DNA of 64,000 nucleotides. Origin: Macrostomum hystrix. Taxonomy: Eukaryota > Animalia > Platyhelminthes. The position numbers were made by a program, and so were the translations under genes. The notes beneath the pieces were generated by a model. It ran no database searches and was not told where the DNA came from. It worked only from the letters and a program-made list of their open reading frames with translations. This document shows, in pieces, positions 13,053-24,398 of this stretch (positions are counted from its first letter, which is position 1; every line of letters starts with the position of its first letter). The stretch lies in assembly GCA_950097015.1 (NCBI GenBank), contig CATNEN010000034.1:3906001-3970000 (forward strand), written 5' to 3'.

Positions 13053-15342
13053 CTAGCTTTTTTTGCCCGTTGTTTTTGGGGCAGAAATCTAAAGCAAAGC
13101 AGTAAGCAATTCACGTCTCTGTATTAACTTTATAGTGAAGGTCACCATTTATTTATTTACTGCATTAATGAAAAGTGAAGAGTTTGTTTTAGGGCGTTTT
13201 AAGTAAAAAATAAGTGAAAAGTTTGTCCAAACAGCCCGCCCCCTCTTGATTACTTCTTTAGAAACATGTCTTTTAGCCACTCCTCTATACAGTCAGTGGC
13301 AGATCCAGGAATTTTGTTTTGGGGCGGTCTGTCAGGGGAGCGCCATGAGAATCACAGAGGGGGTGCCAGCGGCCAAAAAAGGGCGCCAGGAGCCAAGAAA
13401 GGGCGCCAGCGGCTGAAAAACGGGAGCCAGCGGCTGAAAAAGGGGCGCCAGCGGCCGAAAAGGGGCGCCAGTCGCAGCACTGGCGCCCCTGGTGGGGGCA
13501 TCTTATTCCCATGATTAAAATTTAGGGGGGCGACTGCCCCCCCGCCCCCCCCCTAAATCTGCCTCTGTATACAGTATGCATGTACACGCGTATACATAAG
13601 GAAAATAGCCATGGCATAACAATAACAATGTCAAAGAAACAAAATTAAACTGTTTCAGAGTTCAGAGTTAGACAGGTCAAGGTCAATTCGTGACTACTTT
13701 TCTATTAATTGCTTGCGAGTCACCTCAAGGCCTGGGGATACACCACATTCTTCGTTCTTCCCCTTGGTGCGAAAATGAATAGGCCAGCTGGAGTTCCAAC
13801 ATGGGAGCAGGCGACATAAAGCTGCCCATGCGAGAAGCAAGGAGTCTCCAGGTTGATGCCAGCCACCTTCAGCGACTGTCCCTGAGCCTTGTTAATAGTC
13901 ATCGCAAAGCACACTCTCACAGGGAACTTCAGTCGCTTGAACTGAAATGGCAGGTCCGTGGGGATAATTGGAATCCGGGGAACGAACACAGACTCTCCTC
14001 TGCCAGATCCAGTCATTATCGTGGCCTCAATCACGTGTGGGAAGAGCCGCCTGACTATCAGTCTGGTGCCGTTACACAGCCTTGGCGCATTCAGGTTGCG
14101 GAGGAGCATAACTGGTGCCCCAACTTTCAGCTGCAAGTTGTGCGATGGAGTTCCAGGAGGATCTAGAGAGTTCAGAAACTCAACAGGATACTCCACAGCG
14201 GTGTCATCAGTCAACGTTGTATCAATTGACTTGTAGGTGAAAACTGCACCTGGCAACTCCTGAAGCAGTTGGTAGTTAATTTCGTTGGCGGCATCATTTC
14301 TAGGACACAGAATTGCCCTCTCTGACAGCCAGTCAACGTCAGCATATCGAACCATCAGGTTTGGGTAAACTTTTGCCTTGAGCTCCTGCACTGACTGCAC
14401 AATGGTTCCGATTGTAGCGATCGATGACTGCCCATCCTCGGTGCTAATCTCCAGCAGACCATTGCCGATTCGCAATAGATTGGCAGAGAACTCATGAGCT
14501 GTTTCGTCTCCTTGAATTGTAGCTCTCATGTTTGTTCGTAGGTGCAACTTCACAACCGATGGCCACAGGTGAGATGATTTTAGGCAAGCATTAATCTCAT
14601 CAGCAGGAGTGCCACGCGGAATCACAGGCAGCGTCTGTCTAAAGTCTCCAGACAGCAGCAGAGTGACACCACCCATCAGTTGATCGCCAGCCTCTCTCTT
14701 TCTTCTATCCCAGGCTGGCTGGAAAGAAATATCGACCGGAGAGCCTAGCTGCGCACTGGGACGCCACCGCACTCACCGCACTCAGTCTCAGTGCTGCTTG
14801 GGGGCCAGTAGACAGTCTAGGGGTTTGGGCTGTGTACATTCACGGCTTGAAATACAATGTACAGTCTGGGGCTTCGGCGCCCGGGGAAGGGAGGGGGTGG
14901 CTGTAATAAAATTTGGCCCGCAGAGTGGCGGAGGGGAGTTGGGGTGGCTGTCCTCGGAAAACAAAAAGTGACTCACTTTGAGATGATGCAGCTTTGCTCT
15001 GGATTGAGTAGAGATGTTCAAAATTGACAGCATTGTTGGAAAACATGTAAAGTGTAAGTGGATCAAATTTGGAGAAAATCTGACAAAGTGGGGCGACGAT
15101 ATGTCGAATTGAGTGATTTTTTGACGATTTTTGAGCAGTTTTTTGCACTTTTGAGCAGGAAGGAAATGATTTTTCGGGAATTTGAGTAGCCTATTGCACT
15201 CAGCGTAGGTGGTTTTAGGTATGTGCAAAGTTTGGTGCGATTTGGTTGAGCGGTTTCGGCGTCTATAAAGACAAAAGGTTGCACACACACACACACACAC
15301 ACACAGACAGACAGACAGAGTTTTCACTTTTATATATATAGA
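13053..15342 (-). mobile_element. Non-autonomous Helitron copy 2 (2290 bp), joined head-to-tail to copy 1
   Basis: A|TC 5' end at 15342; its 3' CTAG (13056-13053) abuts the TC of copy 1. Confidence 0.92.
13720..14772 (-). pseudogene. Helitron helicase fragment (350-aa ORF) including the GDFRQTLPV motif
   Basis: MGGVTLLLSGDFRQTLPVIPRG...LRTNMR through to KNVVYPQALR*. Confidence 0.9.
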
Positions 15343-16415
15343 TAATAGATGTATTTGAAACTGCTAAGAACACCCCCGAGTGAGGCGATAGCTGCAGAGC
15401 TGGCCCGACAGCTGACTGAAGGTGACTAAACGAGGCCGAAGCTAAAAACTGCAGTAGGAGAGCAGCAGGACAACCTTAACAACCAAACAAACACTGCAAG
15501 TCTGTGCGGACGGACTGATTGACAGACTGAACGAATTCACAATTTGATACATTTCCGTTTCTGAATTTCATCTATATATAAGTTATAAAGCAACCAGGGT
15601 ACCGATTTTTATACATGCCGAGTCAATCTATTTTCTAGAATTAACGGGAATAAAATATTATCCAATCTTAAACGGCTCTACCATTTGAAGCATGTATATA
15701 TCTTTTGAATAAACAACTTGGCAGAACGACCAAATATCTTTTAGACAGCTGAACATAGGCAACCGAATATTCTCATTATTCTAGTGCTGATTAATACAGG
15801 TTTACACAATCGAAGAGCAATGGACCTAAATGCTAAGAGAAAAAGCTATGAACAAAATAAATATATCAATGGCTGAAAGAGAAAAAATACTTGAATAACA
15901 TTCCAAAGCCTTTTACATTTTGCTATAATTTTGGAGCATGTGTATAAAAATGAAGCGCGCAGATTCAACATGTTCAAAAGTAACTTATTTTAATGATCTT
16001 TATTCACTGTGATTAAGTAGGCCTAGTAACTTTACATTTTGCGTCTTTGTCTTTGCAGTGGTAATGAATACAGACTACAGAGCCGTTACATATTTTTTGT
16101 TCCAGAGCTTTATTGACCGAGTTTAACATGGTGTTCGTTAAACAGAACAATAACGTAAATCAATCACATATAATTTGTAATTTCTATATGAAAAGCAATA
16201 GCTATCCTATGACTATCAGCCTATGCAATATGTTGTGTTCTAAATATCAAAATATGCCACATAAGTTAAAAAGTTATGAATTGTCAATTCCTTTTATAGG
16301 CCTAGATAAAAATATTTTTTTATAAATCATTTGGATTAAAGACATATAATTAATCTTAAAGTATACTTTAGTAAGATACGCACAGCAAGTTACATTTCTC
16401 ATTGCTCTAGTATGC

Positions 16416-17023
16416 ACGTTGGCGACATTTTACCGCGCGGTAAAAACCGCTAACTTTACCGCATAGTGAACTATGCGGTTTTTTCCGCACTGTTTAAATA
16501 CCCTCATTTCAGGCTTTGACTATGCGGTGAACTATGCGGTTTTTTCCGCACTGTTTAAATAACCTCATTGCAGGCTTTGACTATGCGGTGAACTATGCGG
16601 TTTTTTCCGCACTGTTTAAATAACCTCATTTCAGGCTTTGACTATGCGGTGGACTATGCGGAATTTACCGCACTGTTTAAATAACCTCATTTCAGGCTTT
16701 GACTATGCGGTGAACTATGCGGAATTTACCGCACTGTTTAAATAACCTCATTTCAGGCTTTGACTATGCGGTGAACTATGCGGAATTTACCGCACTGTTT
16801 AAATAACCTCATTTCAGGCTTTGACTATGCGGTGGACTATGCGGAATTTACCGCACTGTTTAAATAACCTCATTTCAGGCTTTGACTATGCGGTGAACTA
16901 TGCGGAATTTACCGCACTGTTTAAATAACCTCATTTCAGGCTTTCCGCTTTGACTATGCACTGAACTATGCGGTTTTTTTCGCACTGTTTGAATAACCTC
17001 ATTTCAGGCTTTGACTATGCGGT
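16416..17023 (+). repeat. Left arm: terminus plus about 9 copies of a 61-bp unit (CCGCACTGTTTAAATAACCTCATTTCAGGCTTTGACTATGCGGTGAACTATGCGGAATTTA)
   Basis: 61-nt periodicity; reverse complement of the right arm. Confidence 0.92.
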
Positions 17024-17245
17024 CTCGCGCTCCAGAGGTGTAGACTGGCTTAAGTTTTTGAACGGCGCGCCAGGCTTGGGTCTTCTTGTCCGCGATGATC
17101 ACATCCGGGCTCATCACCGGGACACCCAAGTAGCGGAAGTCGCTGCACGCCGCGATGACCTCACCGTTGGGCAGGGCCAGGGGCGGTGGGTCCTCAAATC
17201 CCAGGTGTAGTACCTCCATCTTGCTGCCGTTGACGGTCAAAGTGA
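17024..17245 (-). mobile_element. Fragment of a non-LTR (RTE-like) reverse transcriptase
   Basis: LTVNGSKMEV...DFRYLG...AWRAVQKL matches the RT C-terminal/thumb region; abuts the inner end of the left arm. Confidence 0.7.
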
Positions 17246-17499
17246 GTGTGAGCCGCTGAGTGTCAAAGAATAAAAATAACTAACCAACTGCTTGGAGCTT
17301 AGACCGTTTGACTAAGTTTATTCTTAGCTGGATAGCTGAGACAATGACCATTACACTAGTCAAGTTAGTAAGTTATTAAATAAAAATAATATATGAAATT
17401 ATTTAATTAAAGGAAGTTAATGTTAATAATTTATTTAAATTTTTCTTATTTATTTATTTCTTATTACTAATTAAGTATACTAATTTACATAATTATCAC

Positions 17500-19157
17500 T
17501 TTCAGCGGCCTTGCATGAAGCCGTAACAACAGATTCCACTGCTCCCCTTAGAGGCACCAATCAAGTTCGAGGACGTCACTTGGGAGCTTGCCCACCTGAG
17601 GGAGGATAGTGCCCCAGGGCTCGACAAGATCCCCAACAATGCCCTCAAACGTGGTCTCGAACACGTCTCAGTGACCCGTATAACCAGTCTGTTCAACGCC
17701 TGTTTTGAACAAGGCCACTTTCCCAGCCCCTGGAAAAAAGCAGTAGTAGTGATGCTACCAAAGCCTAACAAACCCCGAGATGACCCAAACTCATACAGAC
17801 CAATCAGCCTAACATCCTGCCTAGGCAAAGTTTTTGAAAAAATCATTGCGCGGAGGCTAAAAAGCCACCTGGAATCCACGGGCGCACTGGGTGCAGATCA
17901 ATGCGCCTACAGGAAAAATCACTCCACTTATGATAATCTGTGCCGCTTGGTGCAGAATATCATGGTGGCCAAACACAAGAAAAAGAAATTATCCGCAGTC
18001 CTGCTATAGATGTCGAAGCAGCCTTTGACTCCGTCTGGCAGGACGCACTGCGGTACCAAATGATCCAGGCAAACCTCCCGGGGCGGGTTCTTAGTATCTG
18101 CTCCAGCTACCTTCGGGACAGGTTGGTCCTAGTGAGGGTTAACTTAGCCCTCAGCCAGTCGTTTAAACTCAAGGCTGGCGTCCCCCAGGGTGGAGTTATC
18201 AGCCCACTCCTCTATCTGCTCTTTGTGAGCACCATGCCAACCCCAAAAACACCTGGAGTAGAACGAAGCCAGTTCGCCGACGACATGGCAATCTGGGCGT
18301 CGGCGGAAGGTTTCGTTAAGCTCAGGAAAAACCTGCAGCGCTACCTGGATGAAGTCCATAAATGGTGCGGCGTGCAGGGCATCAAAATCAATGCCGGAAA
18401 AAGCCAGGCCATAACCTTCAATTGCAACAAACCCAGGGTAGGGTGCCAGGACAAACGGCCCCAACTCCACCTGGGAACTGTGCAAATACAAAACTGTGAT
18501 GTAGTTAAGTTCCTGGGCATAAAGCTGGACACTAACCTGAGACTTAATGAACACGTAAAATCACAAATCAACACTTGCAGAGCGCAGGTGATGTGCCTTA
18601 GCAAGATTGCAAAAAAGACCAATCTGAAGAGCGACACTCTGAAAATGCTATACCGGGCTTACGTGGAGAGCACCATGACATATGGAGCACCCATTCTAAC
18701 AATCCTAAGCCCGGGAAACAAGAGTGACCTTCCGAAAATTCTAAACATTGCCCTCAGAATCTTCTATGGGATCCCATCCTACATCTCCACCAGCTACTTG
18801 CATGAGCATGCCCAGATGCCCCTGGTAGCGAACAGGATTGATGATCTGGGGACCCGCTGGCTCCTTAAAGCCTGCAAGGCTAAAATCCACACCCTAGACA
18901 GGCGCCCTGATCCGATTAGGATAAAACCGGGGTCCAGAATGCCTGTTCTACATCACCTCTGGGAAATCCTGGAGAGGAGAATAGCTGCTGCTACACCAGC
19001 GCCCAGGGGTCCAGGCAGGACAAACTAAAAGAGGCAGCTGTTGCTGCAACAGCAACCAAAAAACAATCTCCAGCACCCAACATATGCAGCAGTTTATCTC
19101 ATGTTGTGCTTGCTCTTTAGTTTGGCAAAAAAGTGGAAAAAAAATAATAATAATAAC
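17500..19157 (+). mobile_element. 5'-truncated, frameshifted non-LTR retrotransposon (Jockey/I-like RT)
   Basis: SAPGLDKI, WKKAVVVMLPKPNK, SYRPISLTSCLGKVFEKII, frameshift near 18005, DVEAAFDSVW, GVPQGGVISPLLY, QFADD, VKFLGI; one in-frame stop near 17523; (TAA)n-like tail near 19143-19157. Confidence 0.9.
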
Positions 19158-19916
19158 AAGTCCCGGCACTAGACACTAAGCCATCCAGGTATTCCTTTGG
19201 GTCATTTGGCAAGTTTCTTACCAGCTTACTGCAAGTAGGTGATATTGGGGTGAGAAGTGTTTTCTAGGTTTGAGTTACGAAGATTTCAAGCTTGAACTAG
19301 ATTGGGGTGGGCGTATGGGCTTGGGCTTGTTGATTTATTATTTGGCTGAAGCATAATCTATATATATAAAAGTGAAAACTCTGTCTGTCTGTCTGTCTGT
19401 CTGTGTGCAACCTTTTGTCTTTATAGACGCCGAAACCGCTCAACCAAATCGCACCAAACTTTGCACATACCTAAAACCACCTACGCTGAGTGCAATAGGC
19501 TACTCAAATTCCCGAAAAATCATTTCCTTCCTGCTCAAAAGTGCAAAAAACTGCTCAAAAATCGTCAAAAAATCACTCAATTCGACATATCGTCGCCCCA
19601 CTTTGTCAGATTTTCTCCAAATTTGATCCACTTACACTTTACATGTTTTCCAACAATGCTGTCAATTTTGAACATCTCTACTCAATCCAGAGCAAAGCTG
19701 CATCATCTCAAAGTGAGTCACTTTTTGTTTTCCGAGGACAGCCACCCCAACTCCCCTCCGCCACTCTGCGGGCCAAATTTTATTACAGCCACCCCCTCCC
19801 TTCCCCGGGCGCCGAAGCCCCAGACTGTACATTGTATTTCAAGCCGTGAATGTACACAGCCCAAACCCCTAGACTGTCTACTGGCCCCCAAGCAGCACTG
19901 AGACTGAGTGCGGTGA

Positions 19917-20618
19917 GTGCGGTGGCGTCCCAGTGCGCAGGGCTCTCCGGTCGATATTTCTCTCCAGCCAGCCTGGGATAGAAGAAAGAGAGAGGCTGGC
20001 GTTGACTGGCTGTCAGAGAGGGCAATTCTGTGTCCTAGAAATGATGCCGCCAACGAAATTAACTACCAACTCCTTCAGGAGTTGCCAGGTGCAGTTTTCA
20101 CCTACAAGTCAATTGATACAACGTTGACTGATGACACCGCTGTGGAGTATCCTGTTGAGTTTCTGAACTCTCTAGATCCTCCTGGAACTCCATCGCACAA
20201 CTTGCAGCTGAAAGTTGGGGCACCAATTATGCTCCTCCGCAACCTGAATGCGCCAAGGCTGTGTAACGGCACCAGACTGATAGTCAGGCGGCTCTTCCCA
20301 CACGTGATTGAGGCCACGATAATGACTGGATCTGGCAGAGGAGAGTCTGTGTTCGTTCCCCGGATTCCAATTATCCCCACGGACCTGCCATTTCAGTTCA
20401 AGCGACTGCAGTTCCCTGTGAGAGTGTGCTTTGCGATGACTATTAACAAGGCTCAGGGACAGTCGCTGAAGGTGGCTGGCATCAACCTGGAGACTCCTTG
20501 CTTCTCGCATGGGCAGCTTTATGTCGCCTGCTCCCGTGTTGGAACTCCAGCTGGCCTATTCATTTTCGCACCAAGGGGAAGAACGAAGAATGTGGTGTAT
20601 CCCCAGGCCTTGAGGTGA
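19917..20618 (+). pseudogene. Helitron helicase C-terminal fragment (233-aa ORF)
   Basis: Same translation as 11791-12492. Confidence 0.9.
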
Positions 20619-20770
20619 CTCGCAAGCAATTAATAGAAAAGTAGTCACGAATTGACCTTGACCTGTCTAACTCTGAACTCTGAAACAGTTTAATTTTGTT
20701 TCTTTGACATTGTTATTGTTATGTCATGGCTATTTTCCTTATGTATACGCGTGTACATGCATACTGTATA

Positions 20771-21043
20771 CAGAGGCAGATTTAGGGGGGGGCGGGGGGG
20801 CAGTCGCCCCCCTAAATTTTAATCATGGGAATAAGATGCCCCCACCAGGGGCGCCAGTCGCAGCACTGGCGCCCCTTTTCGGCCGCTGGCGCCCCTTTTT
20901 CAGCCGCTGGCTCCCGTTTTTCAGCCGCTGGCGCCCTTTCTTGGCTCCTGGCGCCCTTTTTCGGCCGCTGGCACCCACTCTGTGTTTCTCATGGCGCTCC
21001 CCTGACAGACCGCCCCAAAACAAAATTCCTGGATCTGCCACTG
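20771..21043. mobile_element. GC-rich MITE nested in the Helitron (also at 11365-11638 and in copy 2)
   Basis: Imperfect TIRs CAGAGGCAGATTTAGG / CCTGGATCTGCCACTG, with internal GGCGCC-rich repeats; TSD not resolved. Confidence 0.65.
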
Positions 21044-21659
21044 ACTGTATAGAGGAGTGGCTAAGAGACATGTTTCTAAAGAAGTAATCAAGAGGGGGCT
21101 GTTTGGACAAACTTTTCACTTATTTTTTACTTAAAACACCCTTAAACAAACTCTTCACTTTTCATTAATGCAGTAAATGAATATATGGTGACCTTCACTA
21201 TAAAGTTAATACAGAGACGTGAATTGCTTACTGCTTTGCTTTAAATTTCTGCCCCAGAAACAACGGGCAAAAAAAGCTAGTTTGGTATAAAGGGCAGTTG
21301 TCACTGTCACTTTAGAGGGCAGGGGAGGATGTTCTCTAAGTGATTTAGATAGAAATTGAATAGGCTTAGAACCGCTGGGGGGTCATATTTTTTTGGCAAG
21401 AGTAGGCTATAGAAATTAGGCGGGGTGGTGGGTGTCTGACAGTTTACCTAACAATGGGCCGGAACTGGAAAGATAAAGTACAATTTTTTTAGGGTTCAGG
21501 CTAGTTTATGGGCACGGGACAGTATTGGCTCAGCATTGCAAGGCCCTGCCAGTCCAATTCGCATCACTTTAAGAGTTCAATGATCATTAGATTATTTTAC
21601 TAAAAATTTGCAATGCCCTATGCCCTCCGATACGGAGTCGTTTTTTGCGGACACAAACC

Positions 21660-22030
21660 AAACCAAACCAATTCACCAATGTAAACCCTAGGCTGCTCCC
21701 CTTGTGTGTGATGCGCCAGGACTATCAATCTAGCTTTTTTTCCCATCAATTCTTCTGTCAAACCAATTTACCAATGTAAATCTGTCAAACCAATTTACCA
21801 ATGTAAACCCTAGGCTGCTCCCCTTGTGTGATGCGCCAGGACTACCAATCTAGCTACAAACTCTCAAATAAATTTTTTCCATCAATTTTTCTGTAACCCT
21901 CCAATGCGAAAAAACGCACTACAATCTCAATCTACCTATAACTCACCTAGGCTGCTCCCCTTGCGATGCGCCAAAAGCTATCAATCTAATTACTAAGCTC
22001 TAATCTTTCTGCTAAATTACAAATGCGAAA
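21660..22030. repeat. Degenerate direct repeats (CCTAGGCTGCTCCCCTTG...GATGCGCCA...TATCAATCTA), 3 copies
   Basis: Copies near 21688, 21808 and 21947. Confidence 0.6.
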
Positions 22031-24398
22031 ATGCGATACCCTAACCAATTTGGGGGTTGGCTAGGCTTTGCAAATTCATATGTACTATGCGCTTGTCTTA
22101 GATTTCCTCTTTTATCCTGATGTCCTAATCTTTGTGAGGACCCATTTTTTATCCCAATCATGCGCACTCAATATACCAAAAAATATTTTCCATTCGTTTT
22201 TTTTTATCGTGTAAAATATTTTTCGTCAATCGTATCCAATAAATATACAGTACCTACAGCGGAAGAGCCCCTCCCAGGGCTGACCCGCGGGTCTTAGACC
22301 CAAACCTCTTAAAAAAAAAAAAAAAACAACAGATTCATAGCAGAATGATCTACAATGTACCGCTTCTCAGAGAATAATATTAGGTCACGTGCAAATAACA
22401 GCTTGACAAAAAGAAAATTTGAAGTGCGTGACCAACTTAAAATTATACAACGAAGCTTTAGCTGATTGAATTAAAACAATATTTTAGTAGTGGTGCCTTT
22501 AGAATAATCGGATGCTGCAAAATATTTATTTACCATCGGAATTTTGCAAAACCCAAAATAACATACAAGAAGTAAGTCCGATTCGTCTTATTCTCAGTAT
22601 CACAAAATTCCGGGTCCAATTCAGAAAGCACACGCGAAAAAATGTGAACGAAGGGTTTTGTCTAGAACTTTCGAACCATTTGATCAAAATGCTTAATTTT
22701 GCACAGAGTTGTATAAAAATATGTGCTTGAGGTGGTACAAATGTGGTACAGGCTGTACGAGCGTGTGTATTCTATTTTTGGAGAGAGAAGACCATTTGCT
22801 ACCGGGAATGACTTCATTAAAACTTCAGACGATGATTTCTTACTTATTAAAGCTTGTTCAGATCAACTTTTGAGCTCAAAAGATGCACATTTTGCTGAAA
22901 TTTTATAAATTAAAAAACGGTACAGGAATCTAGTCAAAAGCAAGGACGCTAGTGATCAGCCCAATGCCAGCCGCACCGATTTTTTTAAATCCGGAAATAT
23001 ATTTGAAGGCTTCAAAAGTGACATGAATAGCAATATGAAGATGATTTGACGTGTGGTACAATTAAATCTTGTCAAAATCTATTAGAAAAGACGGATTTTG
23101 CAAGTGGTACAAGTGATTTAAAAAAGTGATGCGGCTGGGTTGCGGCTAGAGACACGTCGGTGCATTGCGCTAGAATATGTCGGATATTGCCGTGCGTTGG
23201 TCCCTGTTGAAAAATGGGATGTTCTAATATCAGCAATCGTCAATATCGGTGCTATGGCCGTGTCAAGACCAAATAATATTTTGTACCTGTTTCTGAAAAT
23301 ATGCTAGTGCTAAAAAGGAGAACCGGTATAAAAGATGTAGGGAAATTCTATAATATAGTTTTTAAGAAAACACACATTATATTAAATAATGTAGTCAGTA
23401 AATACACTATACCAGATATAAGACAGCATATATTGCTTAAGTATAATAGAGTCTGACCAAGCCTAGATTTTAGTTGAGTTGAGTACTTGGTTGTGTATTT
23501 TGTTCTTAATTTAAGCAATTCAAGTCAGATTCAAGTAGGCACTGGTGTCTTTACTCTCCAGTCCTTGCTGGGCGTTTTTAGTAGATCAGATCAGGTCACA
23601 GCCTCAAAAAACTAACCAAAAACTTAAACACATTCTTACTCAGTTATTAGTGATTTGCTTTACGCCACACTGGCGCATTTATTTGTCTCACGTGAATTGC
23701 AGTCCTTTATACACACATTTTTTTAAATGAATGATTTCATTTGACAGAATATTATTGATTATTCTACATACTTCAAAAATTTACTGCATTTAAACAAAGA
23801 GCATGGGTACAAATTTGACTTTTTTATAATAAAAGCATCCATATGCCGGCCTACTACAATCAGTATTTCGTTACTTAACTTTGCATGGCAATATTCAATT
23901 TTTTTAATATCATTTACGTAATAATAATAAGTAATAACTCTCTTTGTAAATGTACGCTACACTGGTGCTTCTAAACTAGATTAGGTGGCGTAAGTACCGT
24001 GTGCGAGCCCTATTAACAAATCGGTAAATAAATCAAGCACCTGATTTGAGACTAACGAATTTGTAAGAACATTGCAGTAAAACGAAGGTACCATAAAAAA
24101 CGTAGCATAAAATAATCAAACTACACTACCACAGTACCTTTCGAAAAAGTATTCCACATAACTCTGTAAAGTTTTAATCGGGGATTTAAAGGAAGAGACA
24201 TTGACTGCAATGTCGCTCCGTCATTTGCAATTCAGTCCGTTGACTAATTTCATAATTTTTGTACCGAAATACGCCTTGCGTCAGCATCCTGCAATTACTA
24301 TTTGCTTACTGTTTTGGCTCTGGACGAGTTTTCGCTGTGGAACTTTTTGTCATTACAGACGTGCACAATGCAACAAGACTAATTACCACGACTGAAAT

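Larger units (their letters stand above)
19357..21280 (+). mobile_element. Non-autonomous Helitron copy 3 (1924 bp), nested in the Foldback-like element
   Basis: A|TC...CTAG|T insertion signature; near-identical to copy 1 in opposite orientation. Confidence 0.93.

Noticed and set aside
11289-15327. Many overlapping ORFs in the Helitron copies (e.g. MHIPKTTY..., MKSLSKQP..., MREARSLQ...)
   Set aside because: They recur only because the element is repeated; no domain signal; antisense or off-frame shadows of helicase and MITE sequence
19780-19850. Copy 3 as a recombinant of copies 1 and 2
   Set aside because: The two alleles it shares with copy 2 are explained more simply as private mutations in copy 1
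22340-23300. Degenerate transposase inside the Foldback element
   Set aside because: Only short ORFs with many stops; no DDE, MULE, FLYWCH or SWIM motif recognisable; needs a translated HMM search
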